Shown here: in pieces, positions 25,752-40,791 of the stretch | Layout: every line of letters starts with the position of its first letter | Numbering within the stretch: the first letter of the stretch is position 1 | Origin: Eledone cirrhosa | Taxonomy: Eukaryota | Reading direction: 5' to 3' | Assembly: GCA_964016885.1 (NCBI GenBank) | Contig: OZ024747.1 | Location: 37,014,001-37,078,000, forward strand | DNA length: 64,000 nucleotides | Program-made: the position numbers and the translations under genes | Notes under the pieces: generated by a model | What the model saw: the letters and a program-made list of their open reading frames with translations, nothing else | The model's database searches: none | What the model was told of the DNA's origin: nothing

Positions 25752-26645
25752 TACCTCTCTATCTAGGGCGGGTAAAATTCCCGAGATCCTTGGACGAGTT
25801 CTCTCCAGCGGTCTCTGTCCCTCATTATCGCTGCCATGTCCTGCTTCTCCAACAGACTAGTGTCTGTCCTTAGGGCATCCACATATGTTAACTTCGGTCT
25901 TCCTGTTCCTGTGTGTCCATGCAGTGGCTCCCACAGGAACACTGAGTGCAGTGTCAACTCTGGATGTCGGTGAGCATGTCCAGCTAACTTCAGTCTCCTC
26001 TGTGTCACTTTTGAGCTGACTTTTGATAGGCTCCCGTACAGCTCTGAGTTCTTCATCCTCAGTGTATACTTATTAATATTCAGAGCCATCCTCAGCATTC
26101 TCGTGCAGCACCCATCCACCATCCGAGTGAGTTTCTTGGTCAGTGTCCAAGTCTCAGACCCGTACAGCAGCATAGACTCCACTACAGAAACGAAAAGGCG
26201 GATCTTCAGGTCTTTATGAAGGTCTGACTTCCACACCGATCTCAAGCTGTGGCACACCGCCCAGGCTTTGCTCTTCCTCTCAACCACATCCTTTTTCCGT
26301 ATTCTCAATCTTTCCTCCCAAATACAGGAAGTCCTCAACCAATTCTAGCGGCTTCCGGCCTACATTAGTAATCTTCATTGGCTTCTTAATATTCTCTACC
26401 AGATATTTTGTCTTAATCTCATTCATTCTCAGCTCCACACTCATCGACACATTCTCTACCTCCTGCATCAATTCCTCTGCCTCCTTCACTGTGTTTGTCA
26501 CCAAAACAATGTCGTCGGCAAATTCAGCAACCGATATCTTTTTTGCCTTAAATCTCCTGCTCTGAGCCGGTGTTGCAGTAAAGCCAGAGTCCTGGTGATT
26601 CTCCAGCACAAGGCGCATACAATAGTCCACTACGATGACAAAAAG
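25752..26645 (-). mobile_element. 5'-truncated RTE-like LINE nested in the 3' UTR of Penelope-like element 1
   Basis: LFVIVVDY..FADDIVL..DFLYLG..LLYGSETWTL..MLRMAL..RRLKLAGH..GRPKLTYVD..DRDRWR (ORFs 26280-26630 and 25763-26338, one frameshift). Confidence 0.93.
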
Positions 26646-26895
26646 TTATATATATACGGTTATATATATGTATATAGATCGATATATATATCTTATATTC
26701 TAATATTACGAAAAAATAGAGGTGTATATTTAAGGTTGTATTTGCATAAGTAAATAAACAAACCAAGGGGAAGATCTCAGATTAATTATAGTAAAATTTA
26801 TATTATTTTAAGAATTTATTATTGGGGCCTATAAAGTGAGCATAATATATATAATATATGATGTCAAGGAATATGGTACTTATTATATTGTTACG

Positions 26896-26996
<101 letters not shown>

Positions 26997-27081
26997 TATA
27001 TCTAAGGGAACCCATAATTATATCCATATAATATAGATGACAATTAAGTCAATCATATAGATAGTAAAAATATATAAAAAT

Positions 27082-28850
27082 TTAGCTATATATTCTATGA
27101 AATGATTTGGAAATCCTATGTAAACAGCCACTAAATACCTCATTTCTTTTATTAATAATAGATTTTGCATTAGTAATAATATGAAGAATCTCTATATTAC
27201 AAAGATTACAAATTTTAGAGATAGAAGAATTTATATATGGTGAGGCGTTTACCAGCTTCTCCCAAGATAGTGAATAATCTATGTTTTTGCTTTTTAGCGA
27301 CCATATTAATTGAGATAGGGAAGTTGAGAATTTCTTATCCAATCGTTTAAAAGTATGTTTATGGTTATACCATTTTTCCTTAAATTTAGTTGAAGTGGCA
27401 CCTATATAGTTATACGACTTATCATTAGTTTTAACAATGCATTTATACTCTAGATTACGGTCAAGGCATTTATTATTTAACGGGCAAGATAGACTGTTCT
27501 TACAATTGCAATTCTTTATGTTATTATTTGATGATAGAGCTCTGTTATTAAGGTGTAAATTATTACTATTGTTAATGCTATTATCAATAGTATTGTTAGT
27601 GCTGGGGGTATTTCTATTTGATTCATTTTCAGATTCCTATTATTAATTTTTGCTATATTTTGGGCGATGTTCATAGTCGTTGAGTGTGATAGTTAGATAG
27701 TACATCTATTAAAAATCTGGTAATATGTATGGGTTATAGGGAAACATTTATCGAGAGCTATAAAGAACTGCCGTGCTAAACTGGTGGAGAATGCCATATT
27801 ATAGAACGGGATCTGGCTTTTCTATTCGATTTGTTATTTTTGTTTAGATGTAAGTTCTGCTGGTTATGAGGTTGATTTATGTTATTAATATTAGAGAAAT
27901 TATCTCCTTTATAATAGGGATATAATTATCTTTATCTATGTATTTAATTTTATTAGAGTAGCCTGCGCTAGATAGGGCCTCATTGTAGTATTCTGCATTA
28001 CTGTCAAATATATCTTTATTAGCGGAGAGTCAAGAAATTCTAAGCTGAACACTATTGACTATAGCTTTCTTAACGTTTTTAGGGTGGTTAGAATAGAAAC
28101 TAACATAATTTAGGTTTCCATTTAACTTAAGGAATGGGTAGTATAAGCCAGATTTAAGATTTAAGGTAATGTCTAGGAAACTGACTATTTTATTATTGTT
28201 TTCTATTTCTAATTTAATGTCATAATTATTAAAGAAGTCAATTATGATTTTCTTTTTTTTTAATTAAGGACACTATTGCTATGGTTATTTAATATAAATA
28301 ATGTATCGTCAGGATATAAACCGCCGGCAATTTCTGGTAGTTTTCTATGTAAAGTGTTAAGGATAAAAATACCAACGTCTGTAATCTGAGCTGAGTCCGA
28401 GGATTCCATGGTAATATCGAAATTTCCAGGTCTATCAGATCTGGTCCAAAGATCGCCGTTAAATTCTTAAAATGATGTTTATTTCATCACTTGATAGATC
28501 TGTATGTTTTGATGCATATAAATTAAGGCTGTGTTAAGTAAAGTTGGAGTTATAGAGGAATAATAGTTAGCTATATCCATTTGGATGAATTTAATGTCTC
28601 TTTTAAATTTAAAGTTTACAAACCAGTCTATCACTTCATTAGTTCCATTCCAAAGTTTGAGATGTGATTTTAATTTTAAGATCGGTATAATTCTGTCTAG
28701 TACGTTTTTGCTGATAATCCCCAGATCCGATTTAGAGGTGGCTATGAGTCTGACAGGTAGATCAGATTAAAAATTGTCCTTATGATCCTTCATGTTTAGT
28801 TTTGATGGTCTAAGTGTAAAAGGTTCTGTCCTGCTTTCTATTCCTAGTTT
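27082..28850 (-). pseudogene. Disrupted RT-GIY-YIG ORF of Penelope-like element 1
   Basis: Motifs listed for the element; multiple stops and frameshifts. Confidence 0.85.
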
Positions 28851-29213
28851 AGAGATAATTTTGAAGGCTTCGTTATATTGCTTGTTGTTTTCTTTTTTTT
28901 TGGGGGGGGGGTGTAGTTTTTTCTAAGCTCCCTTAATGTGAAATTATGATATTCTTCTTTTTTCAGGCCGTAAAGGTTATTGGTTTTATCAGATTTAACA
29001 AGGATTTTACTGGTTCTCTTCGTTTCATCAATTTTATTTTAAAAACATTTCAAGCGTCTATTTTAACTGCCCTTGTTACTTATTTATTTGTTTATTTTTC
29101 CCGATAACTTTACATCCTAGGTAATTTTGAGATTTTGAATCACGTACTCATTTTAAATTGATCGAATACGTTCTATTTTATGGGTATGTCACATTTTTAT
29201 ACATCAAATATTG

Positions 29214-29273
29214 TATTTTGTCTGATGAGGGCATACTATAACTTAGTATCCCTGAAATATATATAACGAAATA
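29214..29273 (+). ncRNA. Hammerhead ribozyme in the inverted pseudo-LTR of Penelope-like element 1
   Basis: UAUUUUGU-CUGAUGA-GGGcAUACUA uaacu UAGUAUCCCu-GAAA-UAUAUA-UA-ACGAAAUA; 8-bp stem I, palindromic stem III. Confidence 0.8.
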
Positions 29274-29408
29274 AATGATGATGTTATAGTGATATATTTT
29301 CCATTTATTACTATTATTATTATAATACTCCAGATAAATTCACTGTCGAGTGATTCATATCTGTTATGAACATAATTCTGTTGATTACATATCAACAAAG
29401 TCATTGTT

Positions 29409-29495
<87 letters not shown>

Positions 29496-30002
29496 CAAAA
29501 AGCTCTATCTCTACTTCGTCAGCTACCGTGCTGGCGTGCAGTTTCAGGCATTAACGTGGTACTGCGTTTGTCATAAAAGTTTGCATGGCAGATTGGATAC
29601 ATCCTTTGTTGGTAAGATGCATGGAAGATAATAACAAACAAGGAGAGAAAGATTTACGGCCGTTTTTCGCCAAAAGCACATAATTAAATAAAAATATTTC
29701 GACTTAAAGTAAATAGATTACTGTTATTTGACAGTCATATTTACTTTCGCCATCATTAACAGCCTATCACATCTAAAGATTTATACGTGTTTCTTTTACG
29801 TATTTAAAACAAATGGCCACAAAAATACGTTAAAATTTACTACATTTACATTCCTCTGTGATTATTGCTCTTCTCGTTCGTTTGCTTGCACACTTTATAT
29901 ATATATTTATATATATATATGTAGAAAGTGAGTAATATTGTAGAACTATAAAACTATGCATATATCCGATAAGTAGCACTCAGCAGTTGGTAGAACTGGA
30001 GT

Positions 30003-30312
30003 ATATATTAAAGAAGAATTTAAAATATGGTTAAAAAATTCCATACATTTTATTATGCGCATTTCGAAAACAACATCACCCTGGGACAAAAATTGTGTTC
30101 TTATCAGATAAAATAAGGTAACATGATATGAGGCCTAAAACACTTTTCCACGGACACTTTCTTGTTAACAAGTGTGTTTAGGCCTCATATCATGTTACCT
30201 TATTTTATCTGATGAGAACAGAATTTTTGTTCCAAGATGATGTTGTTTTCGAAATGCGCATAATAAAATATATGGAACTTTTTTAAGCATCTTTTAATTT
30301 CTTCTTTATTTA
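30003..30312. mobile_element. Fold-back pseudo-LTR element with ~140-bp inverted arms (30003-30145 / 30170-30312), plus an extra inverted tail at 30331-30370
   Basis: The arms are imperfect reverse complements; TA-flanked; both arms contain the hammerhead motif. Confidence 0.85.
30201..30270 (+). ncRNA. Type I hammerhead ribozyme
   Basis: UAUUUUAU-CUGAUGA-(long stem II)-GAAA-UGCGCA-UA-AUAAAAUA; perfect 8-bp stem I, palindromic stem III AUGCGCAU. Confidence 0.82.
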
Positions 30313-32547
30313 TATATATATATATATATAAATAAAGAAGAAATTAAAAGATGGTTTAAAAAGTTCCATATATATATAGCTGCGTGTGTGTGCGTTTATG
30401 CATTACTTTGTTAAAATGCTTCTTGAATTTTAAAACTACATCTGTACAGATTTTTGCCAGACTGTAGTATAATCGTACAATAATACGGTATCATACGTAA
30501 ACGTACAAAAACGCGTTAGTAAATAAAATTCGAGTAGGAGGGGGGAGAAATAGGGGCAGGGTTGTAAGCCAGTGAGTATTTCCTCCGTACTTCCTTTCCT
30601 CTGTGGTGTTGTCTTGTCGATCATTTAAATAAAGAGAAGTTAGTGACAGCGTGATCTTCGGGTTGAATTCCTAATTTTGATTTTTATCCTTAATACATGC
30701 CCAAAAATTATGGATAGGAATACTCGATGCTATCGATCTGAGTATTTTGATGGAATCTTGGTTCATAAACACGGAAGGATGAAAGCCAAAGCTGACGTCA
30801 GCATCATTCGAAATCTTTGGTCATAATGAGACGCTCGAGTGTACGGATGATGCTTTATTAAATAATTGTTTCTTCTTTTGGCACAAGGCCAGCAATTATC
30901 CCAGTGTATTATTCGTACTTTATTTTATTAATGACAAATATACTTCTATTTAAATGTTCCTGATTTCGTATTGCTTCTTAATTTCCTACTTGTTTACAAT
31001 AACACTTGATGTTAAAGGTGACAATTACTTATTCATTTTTACTTTCGATGCTATTTATTTGGTAACTTTATCAGAATAATTTCCTGTTTGAATAAGATAT
31101 CATTTCTTGACAATGAATGGAATATTTCCGTTAATATACAAAGCAAATATATGGTGAGAATTTAAAAAAGAAATGGTATCATTATATATATTATTCCGTT
31201 CATAAAATTATTTTGTTGTAGTTGTTGTTGTAGGGGGGTGGGGTTCTCGATCCTCCTGGAGTTTGTTCAATAACTTCATTATGTTAGTTGAAATACTGAA
31301 GCCTTTCAGCCTCAAGATATTGATGTTTGTTCTATTATTGTATGAAGTATAATGGTAAATTTGCATTGTACACAATTTTATTCAGGTTAATTCCAAAGCG
31401 ATGCTGTGGCAGAAATGATTGACTTCAAATAGTTCGAGTTGAAATCCTACCAGAGTTGATTTTACCATTCCCCTTATTAATAATCATTTCATTTAACTTG
31501 TAACTCCCGAGCGAGTCGTAGTGGCATCATATTGATATGCGACGTTTCTAGGGTATTTTTAAGCCTTGGCGGAACCCATCTTCTCAACAGGTTTGAATAT
31601 AGCAGATTCTTTTCCAGAGTAGGTTAGAGAATGAGAGAATAGAAGTGGGAAAGAGATATAAGTCAAGAATCGACCTCTGTACTAGACTGATGCTTTTTTG
31701 TCGATCTCGAAAGGAAGATGGACAAAGTTGACCTCGGTGATATTTGAACTCAGAGAGGAAAGAGCTTAAACGAATACCACAAAGCATTCTAACGACTCTC
31801 CCAATTCGCCACCTTCTTATTGTTATACTGAGGTCGAATAAACCGAGAACACTGTCTCCTAGATTAACTCGTGCTTTGCTTAAAATAAAACGCAAAACAA
31901 TATTTTCAATATTAATTAGAGAGAAGAAAACCCAATGCACTAAATGAATTCTAATGCCGCACTAGTTAATTTCACTTTTAATAGACAGTGGTGGATCAAA
32001 TTGATTATATATCTTCCTCTACAATTTAAAGATATATGGCAGTTTGCATCAGTTTACCAAACCAAGAGATGTTGTATCGATTTACTTTTTGTACCTAGAG
32101 ACGGAGAATAACCTTTATTGAGTAGGCCTATAATCGTACATGATTTAAGTATGAACATATTATCTTTTTTCCTAATTATGGATAACATTACCTCCAATGT
32201 TTTCCCGTTTTAAGACGGTAGAGAGGTATTTGAGAGGAATTCCTCCGTTATTTCAAGCAGATGGAACCATTATGTAGAGGCTTCAGTGCAGACACGTAAT
32301 GTATGTTGTATGATGCAATATAATGTTTAGAATGGTAGTGCCATTAAGGGAAAACATTCTAACAATGCCACAAACTTTAAAGAGAAATGTAGTCGATTTA
32401 ATTGGTTACAAACTGTGTTTTATATTTTATGGTCCTACATGGAGAAAAAGAAGCAAATTATTATTTCTAACACACACACACATGCGCATATATATACATA
32501 CATATATATATATATATATATATCTATATATATATATATATATATAT

Positions 32548-32732
32548 TAAAAAGGAATCTGTAGTTTACTTGAAGCGTTGTATATGGTATAAAGAATTTG
32601 AAGGTTGAAAGCCACGACGATGCAGGTTTGGACGGAGAATAATTAAATCGAAACAAGCTCTGTTTCTTACGATCTAATTATTCTCCGTACAAATGCATTG
32701 TCGCGGCTTTCAAACTTCGAATTCTTTATATA
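32548..32732. mobile_element. (TA)n-flanked fold-back mini-element (arms ~32588-32650 / 32670-32730)
   Basis: tataaagaatttgaaggttgaaagcc..ggagaataatta versus taattattctccg..ggctttcaaacttcgaattctttata. Confidence 0.7.
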
Positions 32733-34374
32733 TATTAATCTTTGTTTATCTACCTAGGAGAAGGAGGACTCCAATGAAAAACCTGATGTTCATGAAATAT
32801 TTAATCTTGTCATACTCTTTGTTACACTCAATATCTACCTCATTCACCAAAACATGGAAGTAGTGTTTTGCAAGCTACATCCACTTTAAAAACAATGTTT
32901 TGCACGGGTACTTTTTGTACACATTCCTCGTTACTTAAGATCGTAACGAGGGGTTGGCAGTAGCCTAAAAATGCAATTATAATTCTAATTGGCAGAAAGG
33001 GCTTGGGATCTTCTGGTGGACAGGTCTGGACCGGCAGGTGCCCTAGGATGTCGCAGCCTCTCAGGACTCAAAGGCCATTTGAGATCTCATGCCTGTAAGA
33101 AACAGACATAAAGCGCAACAAGCGGTCAAGCTTTGTATGGAGTAGACGACCTTCATATATATATAAACATTGGAGGTAATTTTCTGAAAGCAATTACAAT
33201 TTGTTTTCTTGAAATGAAATTGAAATACAATCAATTTATGCCAAGGTTAATCTAATTTCTATTCAATGGTCTATTCAATTTTTATACCTGTTTTGGTCTT
33301 TTGTACATAATTAGTGCAGTCGGTAAACTGTTGCTTTGCATTTAATAATATAAAATTATGTATATATAATTATATTAGTACATTTGAAGTAATAATGCTA
33401 TTTGTAGACGCGAGGCTAGACAGGCGGACGGTGGAAATGAACGAAATTTAAAAGGATTGAAATGGAAAATATAGTTTGATAGCATTTTTTCTTTCATTCT
33501 GTTCAACGTTGTGCCATTTATGGTATTTAAAAGTCTGATTAGATTAAATTGGAAGTGTGAATATAGTTGTGTGTGAATAGACTTAATTAAATCGTTTTAC
33601 GCAAATAAACCTCTTCCCTGTGGGTTTTTCGGGATATTGTACTTCGATTCTTTTATGTATCTGTCTTATACTTGCTTCTTATTTTGTAGAATATCAGTCT
33701 ATTGATAAATATATGAATGTTGGTTTATAATGATAAATGACATCTGCTAAGAGTTTCACTGATGAGTTCTGGTGGAGAGTAACGTTTGTGAAGCCTCAAT
33801 ACTTCTTATAAGTTAGATATTCCGTGTTATTATTCGTTGGTTTTTCAAACGCTATGAAGGAAAATGTTATAAATTCAAAAAGAATGCTTATTTCCATTTC
33901 GAAAAGAGATGAATAAAAATCCAGATTATTGAAAGATGTACCCACCTCTCTAAATCAGGCCATTTGTGCGAGAGGATACTCTTGGTCATCAAAAACAGCA
34001 AGAAAAATAAAATCTAAGATTTAGAAGAACCATCCAAATATTTGAGCAAAAAAATAAATTTACACTTCTATACTCAGCTAAAATAATTTCTTTAGGTCTA
34101 TGTATGGCACTGTCTTAAACAACACAAAGACAACTAACGCTATCGAATTATATTATCTGTTATCGTTTTTCTTTTCTTTTTTTATTTTTTACTCAGCTCA
34201 TTTCTACAATTAGCCTATCTTATGCCTATATCTACACATGACTACAAATTAGCATTATTATTTAGATTCTAATAGCTATAAATATATGAATATTATGTCA
34301 TATATTTTAATGCAAAAAAAGCAGTTACTAGTTTCCCTATTGACGTGAAGAAACGTCTAAAGTCTGTCACAGGG

Positions 34375-34615
34375 TTGTTCTTATCCAGGTGTTAGTGACG
34401 TGAAGCGAGGGAGAGTAGAAGACTTCACCTGGACAGGACGCCAGTCCATCGCAGAGTTAAATCACCAACTATGGCTGGAACTCATTTCCAGCTGAGAATA
34501 CTGGAGCAACATAAAATGAATTGCTTTGCTCAAGAACACTACACACAACCCAGTTTAGGAATAGAACTAACAGCATTATATTGTATGTCCAACACCCATA
34601 CCACTAGGCCACGAG
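34375..34615 (-). mobile_element. Degenerate tRNA-derived SINE (V-domain-like)
   Basis: Minus strand gtggcctagtggt..ttcttgagcaaagca..gcgatggactggcgtcctgtccagg. Confidence 0.65.
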
Positions 34616-36834
34616 TTTGGTTAATGAAACGCATATACAACTATAATTGATCGATGAATAAAATATAGATTAACCAAATCATTAGTCATTTGTTTTTATG
34701 AAATTCAAAATATTGCATACTTCCATGGAAAAACTGAACTTAAAAAACTGAATATTTGGCTAATGGATTTGATCGTCACAAAAGGTCAGGCTGTTTACGC
34801 ATGAAGATGCTCACGGTCATATAGAGTCTATGTGATTGTTCACACCAACCAGAATACCTGAAAAATCTATAATTCTTCCTTCCTCATTGTGGAGAAACGT
34901 GGTGAGAAAACATGTATCTATTATAAAACAATTATATGGCTGAACTAAAATACCAGACTGGAGCGATCTTCATACAAAATCAAATCAGGGTATGTTTTCG
35001 AATATACAGTATAATGAGTTGAAAATAAATTGAATTAAATGAGATTACCCATGCAATTGATCTAATTAAACTCAGTTTGGTGTGTTCAAAATCTAAAATA
35101 TATATAATGGGTATGCTCCAAAATATGTTTAGTCCATTGAAAATTCTGAAAAATATCGACTATGCAGATGAGAGAGAATTTGTTCTATAAAGCCAACAGG
35201 TGAAACCAACAAACGGACTCGGTTTTATCAAACCTACATTTTCTAAAATGTTTAATCAATTGACCTAGTTGGAGTTAAATCCCTTGCTTGCTGTTTATAC
35301 AGGTTAAGTACTTCAAAGAGTGAATTTGTTTATGAATGATGTAGATGATGTACGTTAATCGAAGTTTTTCAACACATTATATTGCACATGAGACACCCAG
35401 CGATATTTTTATTACATAACAGCCTAGCTCAATTGTATGAAACAGCTAGTCTTATTAATTCTGACTTTTTCCTAGTAATTGTTGTTTTTGATATTTTTCA
35501 TAATCTTTGGCAAATGTTGCTGATTTGCTATAATGGAGACACTGATGAATGTTTATCTTCACAAATCACGTGCTTCAATTTATTTAAATTAACGAGCTAG
35601 ACTAATATATTTGAATCGTGACAGAGAGGAGCAAATGTTCCTATGTCATTCAGATCAAATATATCTAACTAGTAAATAAATAACAATATAACCCTGCGAC
35701 CTACTAACAATTATATAGTGTGTATTAAAGACAATATTTATGCCAGACATTTTTCCTTGATATAATCAACGCTTTTCGAATTATAAATAAAGATAAATTT
35801 GATTTCAGTAAAAACAGAATGTAGAGGAGAATTTTACAGTCACTTGACACGTAGACAAAGTGAAATTAATTGAATGATTCAAATATTCGTAAGTTTTCAC
35901 ATTATACATTCATTTTCTGAAACAATAACTATCTTTTCCTATATTTAGATGAAACTATAATTTGGTTTGTATATCAAAAACGCCATTAAATCATATTAAT
36001 GTAAAGAATAACAGAATATAAGTGAAGTTAAAGTGCTGTTGAGTTTTAGTAGTTTAGTCTATTGAACTCAAAACATTTTCCAATGACGGACCAATATTAC
36101 ATCGAATCAACTGTTTTCTGTGATATATGTTGTTGCTATCACTAGTGCTTTTCTTACTAGCATTTATATAGAGAAATATCAAATGAGGAATTATTTGTAT
36201 GGCTTAATCAAAGAAAGAAATGTAGAGTCCTCGTATGAGGAAGAGAAAAGTTATAAACGGGCCAGATATGGCCATCTCCCCAGACAATGTACGTTGATAC
36301 AAATTGAGTGGGGAGCAACCCCAAAAAAAATGTTTAAATGTTCTTAATCTGTGTATGAACATACTCATAAATATATGATATATCAGCTCTCTTACACTAG
36401 ATCAAGCATTGTTTTTCTTCCTTTTCCTATTCACGGATATCTTCTTTTTTACCACACACACACGTATACACACACATATATATATATATATGTGCCTATA
36501 TAGAGAGATATGAGATATATATAGATATATATACATGTGTGTGTATATAATCTACATTATCAATAAATAAATATATATATATGTTTGTGTGTGTGTGTGT
36601 TATGTACTTCCGTAGACAAGGTAAAGGAAAGAAGAGTGCTCTATGTACAGAGATATCTAATTACATAATAAACATTGTGTTGTTATGTAATTAAATAAAA
36701 ATAATATATATATATGTGTATGTGTGTGTGTGTGTCATGTGTATAGGGTTTTAATTAATACGTAAAAGTATTAATCATATTGTCTGACTAGTACACAGGT
36801 CTATTTTTAGCATTCTGATTGACCTGTGCATTTG

Positions 36835-36869
<35 letters not shown>

Positions 36870-37357
36870 TCACATCACCGCAGTATTAGATTGATACTTT
36901 TTTATATCAACCGTGAAAATCTGAAAAGCAACGTTAACATTGGTGCAATTTGAACTCAGAGCGCAAAGCACCGAAAAAACTATCGCAAAGCTGATTTGCT
37001 GATTTGCGAGGTTTTAACGACTTTGCCAATTCGCTGTCCTCACATAGATACAATGTTGCAAAAGGATCATCAAAAAGCCAATGTGATGAGAAAAACAAGA
37101 TAATATTCAATGATAATATTTGTTTTATTATTTTGACAGTTAGGAGAGACGACTAAGAACATATTTCGTACTTATTAGATCTTTTCAGTGAAGCATAAAC
37201 TTTACCGTATTTGTATATACACGTGTGTCATACTGATCAATTGCTATCCCTTCTATCTATAGTATCCACTTGAAGCTAATTGTATTGAGGCACCGAGCTA
37301 AACCAACATATGTGAAATATATATTTTGGTCTTCTGAATTTTGTTGTTTTTGTTTTG

Positions 37358-37437
<80 letters not shown>

Positions 37438-37892
37438 GTTTATGCTTGTATGTATTTTCTACTTTTCGTTTGTTTCTAGTAAGAAACGAACCAATGAGTG
37501 ATCACGTAACTAACATGTTATATCCTTAGTCACCATTGGCTCTTACGCCTAATTCGATGTAAATGTAATTGTGAGCAATTTATCTTTGTACATGTGTGTG
37601 GCTGAGTTGGCGTCATTACCATTCTCACTTTCAGCTAAATGCACTGGGCCAAATGAACTGCATTCCGAAGGCTTCCATTTGATAGAGAAAGCAATTCCAT
37701 TGCGTGGTTTATTCAGTCGTGGAATACAATCTTCTATTGTAAGGCTGGCCTTGGTTCAAGCTCATTAACTAAGTAAATTAATATTAATGTCTATTGTCCT
37801 GGGATTTTTCTCTCATAAACAAACTGCCTACGCTATCTGACACACAATCGGAGTATGAGGAGGCGGAAGTGGATGAGGAAGATGATGATGAT

Positions 37893-37894
37893 GT

Positions 37895-37950
<56 letters not shown>

Positions 37951-37981
37951 ATACTAATATTATTATTATTATCATTATTAC

Positions 37982-38021
<40 letters not shown>
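37893..38021. repeat. (TAC)n(TAT)n compound microsatellite
   Basis: Seen directly. Confidence 0.97.
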
Positions 38022-38022
<1 letters not shown>

Positions 38023-38299
38023 TAACGATCAAATATTGATTTTATTTCCTGAAAATTGATGTTCATCTTCCTTGTTATCATGACTCCTATTTCCGCAATC
38101 GCATGCCTATCATCATCCATTTATCTCCATCATCACCACTAACATCACCACCACCATCACCACAACTAGCACCACCGCTACCAACATTACCACCAATACC
38201 ACAATATTAGTATTGCGTTACATCGTTTATTTGATATTTGCATATAATACAGTTGACCAGCTCCCCATAATAAAAAGTAACATCCCAGTAAAGTGTTTT

Positions 38300-39000
38300 C
38301 AAAGTAATTTCTGTTCTCTCTTGTAGCTTCTTCAAATTAAATATGTCATTGTTTTAATATAAGGAAATACTTGACCGGTGAAGTAACTGGGGAGAGGAAG
38401 TGGTGTCTGAAGCCTTCCAGCACACTGAACTGTATTATAATATAAAAGTATTGGTGGTATTTACAGTGTTGTGGTGGGAGTGTTATAAACAGTGCAACAT
38501 TGAGGTTGAGATATGTTTATTTCCTCCTAAAATGTTGGGCAGGAATCATAAAATTGGAAGAGTATTTCAGCAGAATTAGCTGCAGTGACGATAGAAAGCA
38601 GATAGAGGATACAACACACAAGTATGTAAGTCGCTGTAAATAGTAGCAAATCACCTAATTGTTTTTGTTTGTTTTATGTTGTTATTTTTTGTTTGTTTTC
38701 TTTTTTTATTTGGGGGTTGTTTTGTTTTGGTTTTGGTTTTTCATGTGAAATTTGCCTGTGTGGCAGCTGCCCTGCTCTCGATCAGCAAAAAGTGTTCTAA
38801 TTAAGTATATAATTGAGCTTTGTAGAGAGCCAGATACTATTTAGAGCCAAACAGATGTTAGCCCTGGGAGGCAAGCTTAAATTGAAGGATATATGTTAGG
38901 CAAGGCTGAAGGACCATTGTTGGTATATTATATCAAGAGAAACTGAAGTTTTTGCTCTGAGGGAGTATAAGCTGTTTTAGTAATGAGTACATTTGTTGCG
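38300..39000 (-). mobile_element. Highly decayed CR1/L2-like LINE fragment
   Basis: Minus-strand remnants KLASQ..LYKAQ resemble the post-RT region of CR1-group LINEs; boundaries are approximate. Confidence 0.4.
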
Positions 39001-40530
39001 ATAATATACTTGGTGCTGTTGAAGGTGAATGGGATATATGTCGCCATTGTCATTTTAGTAATGTATTATTGTTGTTATTTTTGTTCAGTCCTAGGTGAAG
39101 CCTCATCAAATATACGTATGGAAGACGTTTCAGCTGTAATCATCCCGTTACTGTGTATCATACAATCATGTTGGGCGTTGGGTCTTAAATTTGTTGAGAC
39201 GGTGATACGAACGGAAATGTTCATCGCCTGCCAATGCAGCCCCAAACTAATGGAATAGACGCCGTTTGCGTTCAGCTTGAACTTCTAGATGTCGATGTCG
39301 TTTGGGAAAACAAAAGCAGATGATATGAGACATTTTAGGCCTGCCTGTCTGTAAAAATAAAATCAATATCCTGAAGGCCCTTGGGGAAATTATAAACTTC
39401 ACATATTGCATTCAATTTCCTTCTAAACTAAACGCATATCAAGCAAGAAATCAATTTATAATTGAATTAGCGAGAAGTATGTTTAGACATTTTACAGTTA
39501 TTTTTTAGGTATTTCATTATTCCGGGATCTTATCTAGTTGTCTTTCATCTCTCATATATCAATAAATAACAGTTTTTATTTCATTCCTAGATCTATAGAT
39601 GCTCTCTGTGATTACATCATTAGCTCTTATATTCTGACCAAGAGAGGAATGAGAGATACATGTATCACTAAATATCACACCAGTCCTTCTCAGATAATAC
39701 TCAGCTGATCTATTTCCAGCAGTTATATAGACCGATGTTTGTGGAATAAGTTATTCTGTAAGTAAATTCGACCACAGACACCAGTTGTTTATAGCTCAAT
39801 AGGTTATTTAATCCAGTTTTAACTATACAGACCTCTGGATGGAAAGGAGAGTTATCCTCTGTTTGGTGCTAAGCCTGAGTGTTTGCAAGTCCGCTAAAGG
39901 CATCTAAGAGCCAAGTGGAGATATTGTAGCGGCCGCATGACAGCAGAAATCCGCAACCCAAGATTACATTAATCAGATACTACATAGCCCAATGTGTTCT
40001 TCTTAATTTGTGGCGCTAGTGTGTGCTTTGTATATAAATATGTTTTTGCTTCGTTTAGCATGTCGAGTGACCACATAGACCTTCCAAATCTGGCCCACGT
40101 TTGAACCTGAAATGTTTGTAAATATCTTAGTTAAAATTTGTTTCACTGCGACCCTTGTAGTTTTAATGTTGCTTTTACCCCTTTTTTATTTTATTCCAAT
40201 AAATGGAGAGAAATGTAAAGAAAACATAAGTGACATGATATTTTCGAGATAACACAACAATGTCTGCAATACACACCCTTTTTTCTTATAAAGAAATAAC
40301 AGATTGAGCAATAAATAAAAACTGACAAGGTAAATGTTGCAGTAATTGTATTGGTTGCGGTATCGGTAACATAGTGTGAAGCCGTTCATAGAATGAGGTG
40401 AAACTATAAAATATTATATAGATAGGAGTAACTATAGACTAAGGCTAACGGGTGCTTATGTACTTCATTATTTCTTATGGTGTACTCCAATGTCACTGTA
40501 ATTGCATTTCGTTCGACAATGATCGACTAC

Positions 40531-40648
40531 TACGAGGTTTGGCTGAAAGTTCATTGGCTGACTATGAAGGATTTATGGTAGAGCAGTGAAATATTGCATG
40601 CATTAATTTCAACTCTTCTTATTAATAACTGCATTGTTTCTTCCAGGG
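40531..40648 (+). mobile_element. Mariner-like terminal remnant
   Basis: Starts with TA then cgaggtttggctgaaagttc, resembling mariner TIRs; no partner TIR seen. Confidence 0.4.
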
Positions 40649-40791
40649 ACTATGTTGAAAATAAACTTCATTTGGTCATTCCACTAAGAATCCTTCATTG
40701 TCGAACGTGATGTAATACAACTGTATAATGTCCCTCAAATCATACTGATAATGATGGAAATATATATTGGGTAAAGAAGTAATAATACACC

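Noticed and set aside
33753-33794. Hammerhead-like gtttca-CTGATGA...gtaa-cg..tgaagc
   Set aside because: GAAA is mutated and stems II/III are poor; at best a relic.
37585-37650. Possible miRNA hairpin
   Set aside because: Pairing is short and I recognise no mature miRNA.
39080-39365. Minus-strand exon after ttttatttttacAG
   Set aside because: The frames hit stops quickly and the region adjoins decayed LINE sequence.
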